Shown here: one piece after another, positions 25,111-36,873 of the stretch
Position numbering within the stretch: position 1 is the stretch's first letter
Layout: each line of letters starts with the position of its first letter
Source: Macrostomum lignano
Lineage: Eukaryota
Assembly (NCBI GenBank): GCA_002269645.1
Contig: NIVC01002642.1
Location: forward strand, 1-64,000
Length of the DNA stretch: 64,000 bases
Reading direction: 5' to 3'
Notes under the pieces: model-generated
Told to the model about the DNA's origin: nothing
Databases searched by the model: none
The model's input: the letters and a program-made list of their open reading frames with translations, nothing else
Made by a program: the position numbers and the translations under genes

Positions 25111-26294
25111 TTCTCTGACTTCAGACTTACAACTTCGTAAACTTCTGTCCGTGACTCATGACAGCCGTTTGCGCGGCAGCATATGTTGCCTATTATATAC
25201 AAAATGACGAGAGCTCATCAGCAAGGCGTACAATGCTTTGTTAGAACAGAACGGAGTCAGAGAGATGAAAAGCTAATATGAGTTTTCCCCAAGTTTATGG
25301 AGCTTATCCCATCAGTTACGGATTATAGATAGATAAAGTTCACATTGTCAGGTGGTTTAACAGATATTTGTTAAGCCCTAGTTAGCTTCCAGTCACTCTG
25401 TTGGAACAATCAGTCAGTCACGTGTGTTGAGTTGTCTAACTGCCCTTGAATATATTTGAAATTGTCTTCGTTTATTGCTTCAGTTAAGTTAATTAGATCT
25501 TACGAGCGTACTGTAGAGTATAAAAGTGTAATGGCCTTTAAACTACGAGTATTATGGACTTATGGTCGTCCGAAGATTAACAGGATTAGAATTTTTTATT
25601 CATTAGCCAAAATCTGCCATCTTTCCCGGCATCTTTCACTGGGTCCTTCGAGGTGTATACAGTTGTCAAGTTAACAAATCTCTGGTATTGCCATATGAGC
25701 GTACCCACAGCAGACTGAATGTATATAACAGCTGGTGCCACAACGGCGCTTTTTGCAGAGGTCAAGCCCGAGTATGCTCTCCAGGCGCAACCCCACTATC
25801 ATTGGGTCTCAAATTTGCCTGCTTACAATGTTCCATATTTCATATGGCAGACGGGTTCAGCGTCAATGATAATTTTAATTCTTTGAAAACAACGGGAATT
25901 GTATTTTCGTATAAACAAGCGTACGCAGGAGTCATAATTTCCAAGAAATAAACGCCAAGTGCAATGTACATGGACTATTGAACGAGTTGGGGAATTGTTC
26001 ATTCCATCAGAGTGTTGGTAAAAAGTTTTCGGGTAAACTGAATTTCAGTGGTACAGAGAAAAAGTGTACACAAACTATTTTTAGAATTGGTATTACATAT
26101 TAGTGTACAGAAGTGTACATATACGAAAAGTGACGTTTTAAAGCTATATACGAGCGTACAGAGTTAATAGAAATCTATTCACGTTTAACTTGTCCGAGGA
26201 AAAGCTGCGGTGTTTCTGCTGTGTCTGTTAAAAGATCTGCTTAGAGAAACTATGAGCGAGTGCTGAGTTTCTCAAAGCAATTTAACACTTTCGA

Positions 26295-28271
26295 ATGGCA
26301 TTCAGACGGGATTTCAATGGTAAGGATTGCTTTCATCTTATGGAAAAAGCGGCACTAAAGCTTTGCTTGATTTTCTCTTCAGAACGGTCCGACAAGAGAG
26401 ACAAAGGTGCATCCAACCAGACAACCAATCTGAATCGCCGGCTGCGCAACATCTGGGAACGAGAGGGCAAGGACTATGGTGAGGACATCGACGATGAAGA
26501 TGAATTGGTCGACAGGTTTAAGGCCACCAAGAAGATGAACGAGCAAAGCATCAGCCGCGTCATGGCGAACATCCGCCGCTCCAAGACGGTGGACTTCTGC
26601 TTTCTCATTGACGCAACTGGCAGCATGCAACCGCATATTGACGGTGCTCGCGACAGCGTCAAGAAAGTAGTGAATTCGCTGGTGCAGGGCCAGCAGAGTC
26701 AGTCGGGAATTCTGAAGCTGCGCTTCGCCGTCGTTGCCTACAGGGATCTCACTGACAAAATCCCGTATGAGATGCTCGATTTCTGTGAAAAGCCGGAGGT
26801 TTGCATCAGCTTCTGCCGCAATCTCGTCGCAAGTGGCGGCGGTGACGCCCCCGAAGACGTCTTTGGCGGGCTGGACATTGCGACGAGCCGACTGCAGTGG
26901 TCGGAAGATGCCGGCACTCGCATTATCTTTCATATGGCAGACGCGCCGTGCCACGGAAAGCGGTTCCACAACCTCTCGGATAGTTATCCCAATGGTGATC
27001 CGAAGGGCCGGACCGAAAATGCCTTATTTGCTGCAATGAAGCGCTTGCACATAGATTACTACTTTGGTAAGATTAACAGCAGTACTGATCGCATGATCGA
27101 GCTCTTTTCCCTGGCTTATGGCCGTCCAATTACTGAGTTCAGCGTAGACGCCATCGCGAACATTGCCGGATCGGTGATCAATTCCATCACGACGTCTATT
27201 GATTGCAACGTGGAGAAGACAAAGCTTGGCACACCGACCGTGCAGGCTCGCAACTTTCGACTGGATCCCAATATTCCCAACTGGGACGAGCAGCTAGTGC
27301 AGAAAGGATCCTATCTGCAGTTCAAACTGCCCGAGTCAATGGAGGACGTGAAGAATGACGTCAGTCTGACCGAGAAGAAAATCGAAAATGTGCGCGTGAA
27401 AGTTGCCGACTGTCCGTTCGCCGAGGGAGCCGAGAGGATCGCGTACTACGGAGTAGATCTCTTCCAAGGATACAACACGGGAGAGTTCGCTGCCAGAGGT
27501 CGGGGCAGGGGCAGAAGGGGCGGCAATGGTGGCAGCCAGAGATTTCCGAGCGCGGGCTACGGCCAAGAGTCCAGCTCGCCCACCGAGGTGGTCTTCAAGG
27601 AGTACAAGCAGGTAGGGCACAAGCAAAACAGCCTGGAGCGCTACCGTGCCGCCAGCGAGGTGCAGACTATTGCCTTCTTTCTGGCGGACAAGTTCAACAA
27701 GAAGACTGCCATCGTGGGTGAGACGCTTCAGATTAAATTCCTCAAGATTAGGACCATCATTCTACGGCCAAGCAAGAACGTTCTCCGCGTAATGTCCTGC
27801 GAGCGCCGGTTCATTGGAGGCGGAGATTTCGTCAAGTTCACCAACAACTGCGGCTACTCGTTGCAGCTGGCAGCGGAGAAGATTGCAAAATTTGGCATCG
27901 ATCCGGTGATTCTAGAGTTGGTTGACGCTTTCTCTCACTGGACCTACCACTTTTCTAAGGGGTTTCTCATGGTGGTAGATCTGCAGGTGAGACAGTAAAA
28001 CCATGAGAATCTGTATAACAACTTTCAGTCAGTTAGTCAGTTTGTTAACTCGCATGTCAAAATCTTGCAGGGCAAAATCTGTACTGACGGCACTGGCGGT
28101 CGGGGAAAAATTCTGATGACGGACCCGGCGATCCACTGTCTGGACACGACGCGTTACGCGCCGCTCAACCTCGGCATGCCCGGCATGGAGGCCTTCTTCG
28201 CCGCGCACGAGTGCAACCGGCTCTGCGGTCGGCTGGGACTGCCGCCTGCCCGGCCAGTGGCAACCGCTTAG
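26295..28271 (+). CDS. VWA-domain + alpha-kinase (EF2K/MHCK family) protein; exons 26295-27986 and 28071-28271; possible extra in-frame 63-bp intron 26320-26382
   Basis: VWA: DFCFLIDATGSM (MIDAS-like DxTxS), RFAVVAYRD, GGGDAPEDV, IIFHMADAPCHG. Alpha-kinase: PFAEGAERIAY, VVFKEY, FVKFTNN, AFSHWTY, VVDLQ|G, MTDPAIH, NLGMPG, HECNRLC. The 84-bp GT-AG intron is phase 0. Confidence 0.92.
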
Positions 28272-29749
28272 CAACAGACTGGCAACCGAAGACTGAGTTG
28301 TTGAACATTGGCATCCCACCGCACCAAGTCTGCCATGCGGGCATGACAACCTACAAATTTTGGAAGCCTACTATACCTGTATTTCATAAAATTTTAGGTT
28401 CTTCTGGCACCCACACTGTGCCTACATTTGATCGCCCCCAAAACAAATAGAAATTTACATGTATGATACAGCATGTATGATACACTAATTAAAGCAACCA
28501 GACTATAACGGGTAGCAACCCTGTTTTTTTTACCTTTTTAACTTCAAATTAGGCTTCAACTCAGCGAGAAGACTATAGTAGCTTGTCTTCCCAGTTTTTT
28601 GTATGTATCTGCACTAAACAATATGTACACTACTCGTACAATAAATATACAGTTGTAAACAGAGAAGTTTTACAAACAATCGCTTTAAAGAACAAAGTCG
28701 TTTAGCTTTATTATTTATGTTCACTAATAGAAAAGGTTGTACTGAAGCCATATACTGATATTGTATACTGTATGTACGAGCGTAGCTAATTGTGGTATTC
28801 GTGCATACTCGCCAGTCAAAAGACCTTCAGAACACAGCATCAGCAGCAGCATCTCCTGCACCGGCTGCGAACAAATAAAAAGTGGGTCGCTTGGGTAAAC
28901 AAGACGGACATAGGGGCGCACAAAAGCTTGGCACGAATATGACGCATACGCTCGTAATGTGCGCTTCGGCAACTCAAAACTTGACAGTTCTGTAGGGATT
29001 TAAATGAATAAGGCGTAAAGACGGTGGTTCTTAATATTATTGCTAATTAGATAGGTTCGTAAGATAGGTCGAAGAAACTGCAACCGTTTGATTGCAGGTG
29101 CTTTATATTTATAGCTTTTTCGTGGAACATTCCGGAAGAGGGAGTTTTCTAGAAAGAGTTTTCGCGGGAATTCATTAAGTTACTATATTTAGAATCATAT
29201 ACGGTATAGCGCAGAAATTTCTAGAATGAAATGTTTACTGCCTGAATGGTCTGAAAGTTTGCGAAGGTTTAGTACAAGGTCACTACAGTTCCATCTGTTC
29301 TCCATAGCTTCTTCGTTTTCCGTTTAGTTTGATATCTTGGCCTGTACAAAAACAGGCCGTAACTGTTATTTTAGCATAGTTTTGGTAGGACTCGGGGAAC
29401 AGCTCGTCTGCTTTTCTGCTCAGGAACTAAACAGGATACACTTGTAAGAAATATATAGGATATATTATATAGGATATATGATACCGTCAGTAAGAAAAAA
29501 CAAAAGGACTAAATATGGACCTGTGAATAATTCCTCTAATTAAAGAGTTCAAGAAGGAAGCTGATTCTATCCTATACAAATGGCCGTTAATTTTCAAGCT
29601 AGTTAAAAACTGCTCCAGAATACACTAAGGCCGTCTACGACACCTGATCCCCCCTCCCCAATGAATTGGCTCTGAGTTTTGCCCGCCGAGGTTCCCCCTA
29701 ACGCTTTAAGAAGTTACAGCGGGGTTTCCAGCTACAGAAGCGGCACCAC

Positions 29750-31032
29750 AGAGGGGGCACCAGTTATAGAGGGGGCGCCAGTTATAGAGGGGGCACCAGT
29801 TATAGAGGGGGCGCCAGTTATAGAGGGGGCACCAGTTATAGAGGGGGCGCCAGTTACAGAGGGGCGCCAGCTACAGAGGAGCGCCAGCTACAGAGGGGGC
29901 GCCAGCTACAGAGGGGGCGCCAGCTACAGAGGAGCGCCAGCTACAGAGGGGGCGCCAGCTACAGAGGGGGCGCCAGCTACAGAGGGGGCGCCAGCTACAG
30001 AGGGGGCGCCAGCTACAGAGGGGGCGCCAGCTACAGAGGGGGCGCCAGTTATAGAGGGGGCGCCAGCTACGGAAGGGACGCCAGCTACAGAGGGGGCGCC
30101 AGCTACAGAGGGGGCGCCATCTACAGAGGGGGCGCCAGTTATAGAGGGGGCGCCAGCTACGGAAGGGACGCCAGCTACAGAGAAGGCGCCAGTACAGAGG
30201 GGGCGCCAGCTACAAAAGGGGCGCCAGCTATAAAGGCACAAGTTTTGGGGACTTTTGTAGTGGTTCTCAGTATTTTTAAATCTCAGGAGTTCTGGCATTA
30301 CTCATACTCCAGACCGAGTGGACATGCTGATGGTGGTGGACCTTTGACCTTCGCTGATGCTCGACTCGCCGTGCAGCGGCCTGGCGCCGCAGAAGACAAA
30401 ACGGCGAAACTTGGGCAGCAGAGCAAAGAACACAACGGGGTTCACTGCCGAGTTCATGCTGCTCATGAAGGGAAACTGAAGGGAAAGTTATAGAGGGGGC
30501 GCCAGTTATAGAGGGGGCACCAGTTATAGAGGGGGCTCCAGTTATAGAGGGGGCACCAGTTATAGAGGGGGCGCCAGTTATAGAGGGGGCGCCAGTTATA
30601 GAGGGGCGCCAGTTATAGAGGGGGCACCAGTTATAGAGGGGGCACCAGTTATAGAGGGGGCACCAGTTATAGAGGGGGCGCTAGTTATAGAGGGGGCGCC
30701 AGTTATAGAGGGGCGTCAGTTATAGAGGGACGCCAGCTACAGAGGGGCGCTAGCTACAGAGGGGGCGCCAGTTATAGAGGGGGCGCCAGCTACAGAGGGG
30801 CGCCAGCTACAGAGGGGCGCCGGCTACAGAGGAGCGCCAGCTACAGAGGGGGCGCCAGTTATAGAGGGGGCGCCAGCTACGGAAGGGACGCCAGCTACAG
30901 AGGGGGCGCCAGCTACAGAGGGGGCGCCAGTTATAGAGGGGGCGCCAGCTACGGAAGGGACGCCAGCTACAGAGAAGGCGCCAGTACAGAGGGGGCGCCA
31001 GCTACAAAAGGGGCGCCAGCTATAAAGGCACA
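29750..31032. repeat. 18-bp minisatellite (AGAGGGGGCGCCAGCTAC / ...CAGTTAT)n in two blocks (29750-30240, 30487-31032)
   Basis: Directly visible. Both blocks end in the same ~80-bp terminal sequence ending CTATAAAGGCACA. Confidence 0.93.
30240..30476 (-). pseudogene. 237-bp duplicate of the GPCR copy B 3' end (TM7, C-tail, part of 3' flank)
   Basis: Base-for-base identical to 31436-31672. Confidence 0.92.
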
Positions 31033-31497
31033 GACTACTTGCACAGAGGTCCCTGCCGCCAGAGGCTGACTGTGACGACCTGTTTGTCAGTGAGTCTCTG
31101 ACTAAGCAATTCTCGTGGCACGCCGGTACGAAATCGCCTCGTTAAAGTCAAATTTCAATTCATATTTCCCCATCATCAACATGAGATAGCGGTGACAGCT
31201 GTGAATAGAGCTCGAGCACTTGAGTTGATGTGTCTCGGAACTTGAGTGTTTCCAAGCACTCGAGAAAATGCTCCGAATTCAAATATGATATCCTAAAGCA
31301 CCTGTACAAAGACTATTAAACATTAGAACTGTCCTTGAAATAAAAAATTTAAATCAAAATCGACAGCTGCAGGTTGCATTGCGTTCAAGATTTTTTTGGT
31401 GTTTTATTTATGCTTCACTGGACAAGACGACAGCTAAGTTTTGGGGACTTTTGTAGTGGTTCTCAGTATTTTTAAATCTCAGGAGTTCTGGCATTAC

Positions 31498-32495
31498 TCA
31501 TACTCCAGACCGAGTGGACATGCTGATGGTGGTGGACCTTTGACCTTCGCTGATGCTCGACTCGCCGTGCAGCGGCCTGGCGCCGCAGAAGACAAAACGG
31601 CGAAACTTGGGCAGCAGAGCAAAGAACACAACGGGGTTCACTGCCGAGTTCATGCTGCTCATGAAGGGAAACAGCGCCATGGCAAAGAACGTCGGCTCCA
31701 TCGGTAGCGCTCCAGTGATGTACAGGACGCCGAGAAGGGTCTTTGGAGCAAGCAGAATCACAAACAGACCGGATGTGACTCCTATGATGACGGTGAGTCG
31801 CTTGGCAGCCGCACTGGCAGCCTCGTTCGCCTCCTGCTGTCCGCTCTGAGCAGACGAGCGCCGCATGGAAACCAGAATGACAGAGTAGAGCGACAGCATT
31901 GCGACAAACGGCAGAGCCCACACCAGAAGAGCGTACAGCAGCTCGAGCAGCAGATCAGCCAATCGGGGAACGGAGTGCACATGGAGATTAGCAGGCGAGT
32001 CCCGTTGACGCCCGGCACTTCCAGCTTTGCAGGCCGATGCTTCAGAGCAGTGTGCGGCAACTTGGCCAGGAACGGCACTATCGTCACTGCGGTGAAGCTC
32101 GCAACCAGAATGCGCTTTCCGTTGCGCTTGTACCAGAACGGCAGCGTCAGGCACAAGCACCGCTCCACCGACAGCGCCACCAGGTTGTACACGCTCATCA
32201 CCAGCACAGTGTAGAAGGCGAGGTGGCCGAACACCACAGAGCAGTACAGGTTCCACTCGATTGAGCTGGCCGATGCGGAGGGGAAATCGAACAGCACGTA
32301 CTGGTGACTCAGCACGTCCACAATGAGCACGAGAGTGTCGAGCACGCACTGGACTCTGAGCATGACGGTGCTGAGCCGAGTGCCGACCTTGTGTCTGATG
32401 GTGAAGGCCAGCAGCAGGAGGTTCAGGGCCGCGCCGACCGCCTCGCAGACCGTCTGCACCGTCTTGAAGCTGCTAAACTGCGGCACTGTGTCCAT
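31498..32495 (-). CDS. Class A (rhodopsin-like) GPCR, copy B, intronless, one frameshift at ~31965
   Basis: ORFs 31782..32495 and 31498..32349 join into a 7-TM protein with an ERC motif at the end of TM3 and NSAVNPVVF in TM7. The shift falls in a C-run (CCGTTCCCCGATTG). Confidence 0.82.
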
Positions 32496-33444
32496 GCCTG
32501 ATAAAACTGAAAGATTCTTATAGCTGAGGGTTTACGTAAGTTTTGTTGTACACTGTATCCGGTATCTGAGAGCGGAAATTTAATTCGTTTATTACCTTTG
32601 CTGGGGAGTTTTTTTCGTCACCTGGATGTAATATCTGCGTTGATAACTAGCAATCCCTCTTCCCTTGTTAGCGACTATCAGACATTTTAGAGCATCATGG
32701 CTCTAAAATTCTGAGCTATTTAGGACAAGTACTGTTTTTGAGCCCAGCTTTTATATAAACAGGCATCGGCACCGCCACCCCAACCAATCAGATCACCCAG
32801 AAACCATCAACTATATCAACGCATGCGAGACGCGAGAAGAGAAATCTTTTGTTAATATGCCCTTCTATATTGTAAAGAATGCCTCTGGTTTGCCAGCGCT
32901 ATAGCTGATGACTGACAGGTGAACTCCCTGATTTTGCTCAGACGTTGATCATGAGACGGCTACTGTGTATGCAATGGATTCTTGGCATGGCATAAGGAGA
33001 GAATTACAATATTATCCAGATCTGGGTGGACACACCCAGTCTGGTCATGGAATCGTTGAAATTATTCATTTGCTTTCTTCTCAGACTGCAGTCAATAGTC
33101 TAACTAGCCTGAGGGAGCTGCTTATTCAAGGCTCACTAAAAGACTAGGTGCCCCGGAGGTTGCTCCCTGTTTCTCATGTCCTGATTCTGAATAGATTGAG
33201 AGCAGAACTTTATTGTTTCTTTTCTGTCATAAGATTCGCCCAAAAATGATTGTTTTTGTAATTTTCTGGGAATTGTCCGGGAATTGCTTTGTCCACTTTG
33301 CTGGAGGCGGAGTCACAGACAATGGGGGCTAGCGATATTGAATGCTGAATAAAGCTTTTGTGCCTAGCCAGGATTCTTTGTTCAGCAAACGCATCTTTTC
33401 TGGGTTGCCATTTCATTTGGGAACCAGCTCTAAGTGCGCTAGTA

Positions 33445-35785
33445 TCAGGGGCACCAACTCCAACGGTGTCAGCACCAGGGGCACCAGCACCACGTTCTCA
33501 GCACCAGAGGCACCAGTTCCAACGGTTTCAGCACCAGGGGCACCAACTCCAACGGTGTCAGCACCAGGGGCACCAGCTCCAACGGTGTCAGCACCAGGGG
33601 CACCAGCTCCAACTGTGCCAGCACCAGGGGCACCAGCTCCAACTGTGTCAGCACCAGGGGCACCAACTCCAACTGTGTCAGCACCAGAGGCACCAGCTCC
33701 AACGGTCTCAGCACCAGGGGCACCAACTCCAACGGTGTCAGCACCAGGGGCACCAACTCCAACTGTGCCAGCACCAGGGGCACCAACTCCAACGGTGTCA
33801 GTACCAGGGGCACCAACTCCAACGGTGTCAGCACCAGGGGCACCAACTCCAACTGTGTCAGCACCAGAGGCACCAGCTCCAACGGTCTCAGCACCAGGGG
33901 CACCAACTCCAACGGTGTCAGCACCAGGGGCACCAACTCCAACTGTGTCAGCACCAGGGGGCACCAGCTCCAATGGTGTCAGCACCAGGGGCACCAACTC
34001 CAACGGTGTCAGCACCAGGGGCACCAACTCCAACTGAGCCAGCACCAGGGGCACCAACTCCAACTGTGTCAGCACCAGGGGTACCAGCTCCAACTGAGCC
34101 AGCACCAGGGGTACCAACTCCAACTGAGCCAGCACCAGGGGTACCAGCTCCAACTGTGTCAGCACCAGGGGCACCAGCTCCAACTGAGCCAGCACCAGGG
34201 GTACCAACTCCAACTGTGCCAGCACCAGGGGCACCAACTCCAACGGTGTCAGCACCAGGGGCACCAACTCCAACTGTGTCAGCACCAGGGGCACCAACTC
34301 CAACTGAGCCAGCACCAGGGGTACCAACTCCAACTGTGCCAGCACCAGGGGCACCAACTCCAACGGTGTCAGCACCAGGGGCACCAACTCCAACTGTGTC
34401 AGCACCAGGGGCACCAGCTCCAATGGTGTCAGCACCAGGGGCACCAACTCCAACGGTGTCAGCACCAGGGGCACCAACTCCAACTGAGCCAGCACCAGGG
34501 GCACCAACTCCAACTGTGCCAGCACCAGAGGCACCAGCTCCAACTGTGCCAGCACCAGGGGCACCAGCTCCAACTGTGCCAGCACCAGGGGCACCAGCTC
34601 CAACTGTGCCAGCACCAGGGGGCACCAGCTCCAACTGTGCCAGCACCAGGGGGCACCAACTCCAACTGAGCCAGCACCAGGGGTACCAACTCCAACTGTG
34701 CCAGCACCAGGGGGCACCAACTCCAACTGAGCCAGCACCAGGGGTACCAACTCCAACTGTGCCAGCACCAGGGGGCACCAACTCCAACTGTGCCAGCACC
34801 AGGGGTACCAACTCCAACGGTGCCAGCACCAGGGGCACCAACTCCAACTGTGTCAGCACCAGGGGTACCAACTCCAACGGTGCCAGCACCAGGGGCACCA
34901 ACTCCAACGGTGTCAGCACCAGGGGCACCAACTCCAACGGTGTCAGCACCAGGGGTACCAACTCCAACGGTGCCAGCACCAGGGGCACCAACTCCAACTG
35001 TGCCAGCACCAGGGGTACCAACTCCAACGGTGCCAGCACCAGGGGCACCAACTCCAACGGTGTCAGCACCAGGGGCACCAACTCCAACGGTGTCAGCACC
35101 AGGGGCACCAGCTCCAATGGTGTCAGCACCAGGGGCACCAACTCCAACTGTGTCAGCACCAGAGGCACCAGCTCCAACTGTGTCAGCACCAGAGGCACCA
35201 ACTCCAACGGTGTCAGCACCAGAGGCACCAACTCCAACTGTGCCAGCACCAGGGGCACCAACTCCAACGGTGTCAGCACCAGGGGCACCAACTCCAACTG
35301 TGCCAGCACCAGGGGCACCAACTCCAACGGTGTCAGCACCAGGGGCACCAACTCCAACTGTGCCAGCACCAGGGGCACCAGCTCCAACTGTGTCAGCACC
35401 AGGGGGCACCAGCTCCAATGGTGTCAGCACCAGGGGCACCAGCTCCAACTGTGCCAGCACCAGGGGCACCAGCTCCAACTGTGCCAGCACCAGGGGCACC
35501 AACTCCAACTGTGCAAGCACCAGGGGCACCAGCTCCAACTGTGTCAGCACCAGGGGGCACCAGCTCCAACTGTGTCAGCACCAGGGGGCACCAGCTCCAA
35601 CTGTGTCAGCACCAGGGGGCACCAGCTCCAACTGTGCCAGCACCAGGGGCACCAGCTCCAACAGTGTCAGCACCAGAGGCACCAGTTCCAACGGTGTCAG
35701 CACCAGGGGCACCAACTCCAACTGTGCCAGCACCAGAGGCACCAGCTCCAACTGTGTCAGCACCAGGGGGCACCAGCTCCCAGGA
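33445..35785. repeat. 30-bp minisatellite (AGCACCAGGGGCACCAACTCCAACTGTGTC)n
   Basis: About 77 units. Occasional extra G in the G-run shifts the apparent [10 protein letters not shown] frame. Confidence 0.96.
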
Positions 35786-36369
35786 CGCCAGCACTAGGAG
35801 CGCTAACTCAAAGGCGGTAAAGCTGCTTCAAAGACCACTGTGGCCCTCATTTGACCCTCGAAGTTTGAACTACGGGCTCCAAGATCGCGCCGGGCACCCA
35901 ACTAAGCTAGCAGCGGCGTGTGTGCTTTTGAGCGCAGCAGTTTGGCAATCGCTTTGCAATCTTTATCCCGTGGCAACAGCCAAAACTGTTTCAAAGAATC
36001 GAAATCCAGCCAACGTTGAATCGCATACACGGTCAATTAGTTATCAAAACTGATAGCTAGCGCTAAAAAGACTTTTTTCTTGACAAGCCGAGCTCCGATA
36101 AGAGCACGGCAACGGTTATAGGGGCCGCAAGCGAACAAAATTCTGGTGGTGTGAGATCAGTCAGCAGTATTCTCGCTTTCTGGCGCTACACTCAGTGAAG
36201 ACTTTTACTTTGAACAAATTAGTGCGCCATTTTCAAGGCTCGAAGTTTAGCTCAGCACCAGCCCGCAAAGGTTTGTATGATTCGCATTGCTTGGGCCTAC
36301 TTTGGTAACTTGGTAGAACTCGTAGTTTACATGCGTAGTAATTGATAAACTAGATTTTAATGTTTAGAA

Positions 36370-36684
36370 CAGGGGATCGGCAAACTCCGTGGCTCGCGAA
36401 GCATCTCTACGAGCTATCCGGCCCTCGGGTCCTTTGAAACGTCACGATAGCTATCCGGTCCGCCCAAGGTCTCTTGTCAGCTCTTTTACCTTCTCTTTTC
36501 CCCTTTTCTCTCATCTCTCCCCCTCTCTTCTCTCTCGCCTTTCATCTTTTCTCTCATCTGTCACATCTACTCTTTCCTCTTCTCTCTCGCTCAATTCCCT
36601 CTCGTCTCCTCTCTCATCTGGCCCGCAGTCATTGGCAAGGTTATTTACCATGGCCCAAACTTTAAAGAAGTTTGCCGACCCCTG
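36370..36684. mobile_element. Non-autonomous hAT-type MITE (315 bp)
   Basis: TIRs CAGGGGATCGGCAAACT / AGTTTGCCGACCCCTG; 8-bp TSD GTTTAGAA / GTATAGAA (7/8 match); CT-rich interior. Confidence 0.85.
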
Positions 36685-36873
36685 GTATAGAATATTGATT
36701 CAAATATGGTGCATGGCATGCGACCTGAAGACGATTTATTCGGGTTGATGAGAAATGTTTTTGGTTTTCGGGAATTTCGAAATTGAGAAGCTGCTGACTG
36801 TGTCGCATGTTAAAAGCAGGCAAACGTGAGTTGTATTAAAAGCCTCTCTTTCCGCTTCTACCAGCCCGCGGTC

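Noticed and set aside
29679-30298. EGAPAT/VAGAPS repeat ORFs
   Set aside because: 18-bp minisatellite open on both strands, with no flanking gene structure.
33342-36053. Mucin- or collagen-like ORFs ([16 protein letters not shown] repeats)
   Set aside because: Multiple frames on both strands are open and G-run indels break them at random. This is a minisatellite; an exon cannot be fully excluded without RNA data.
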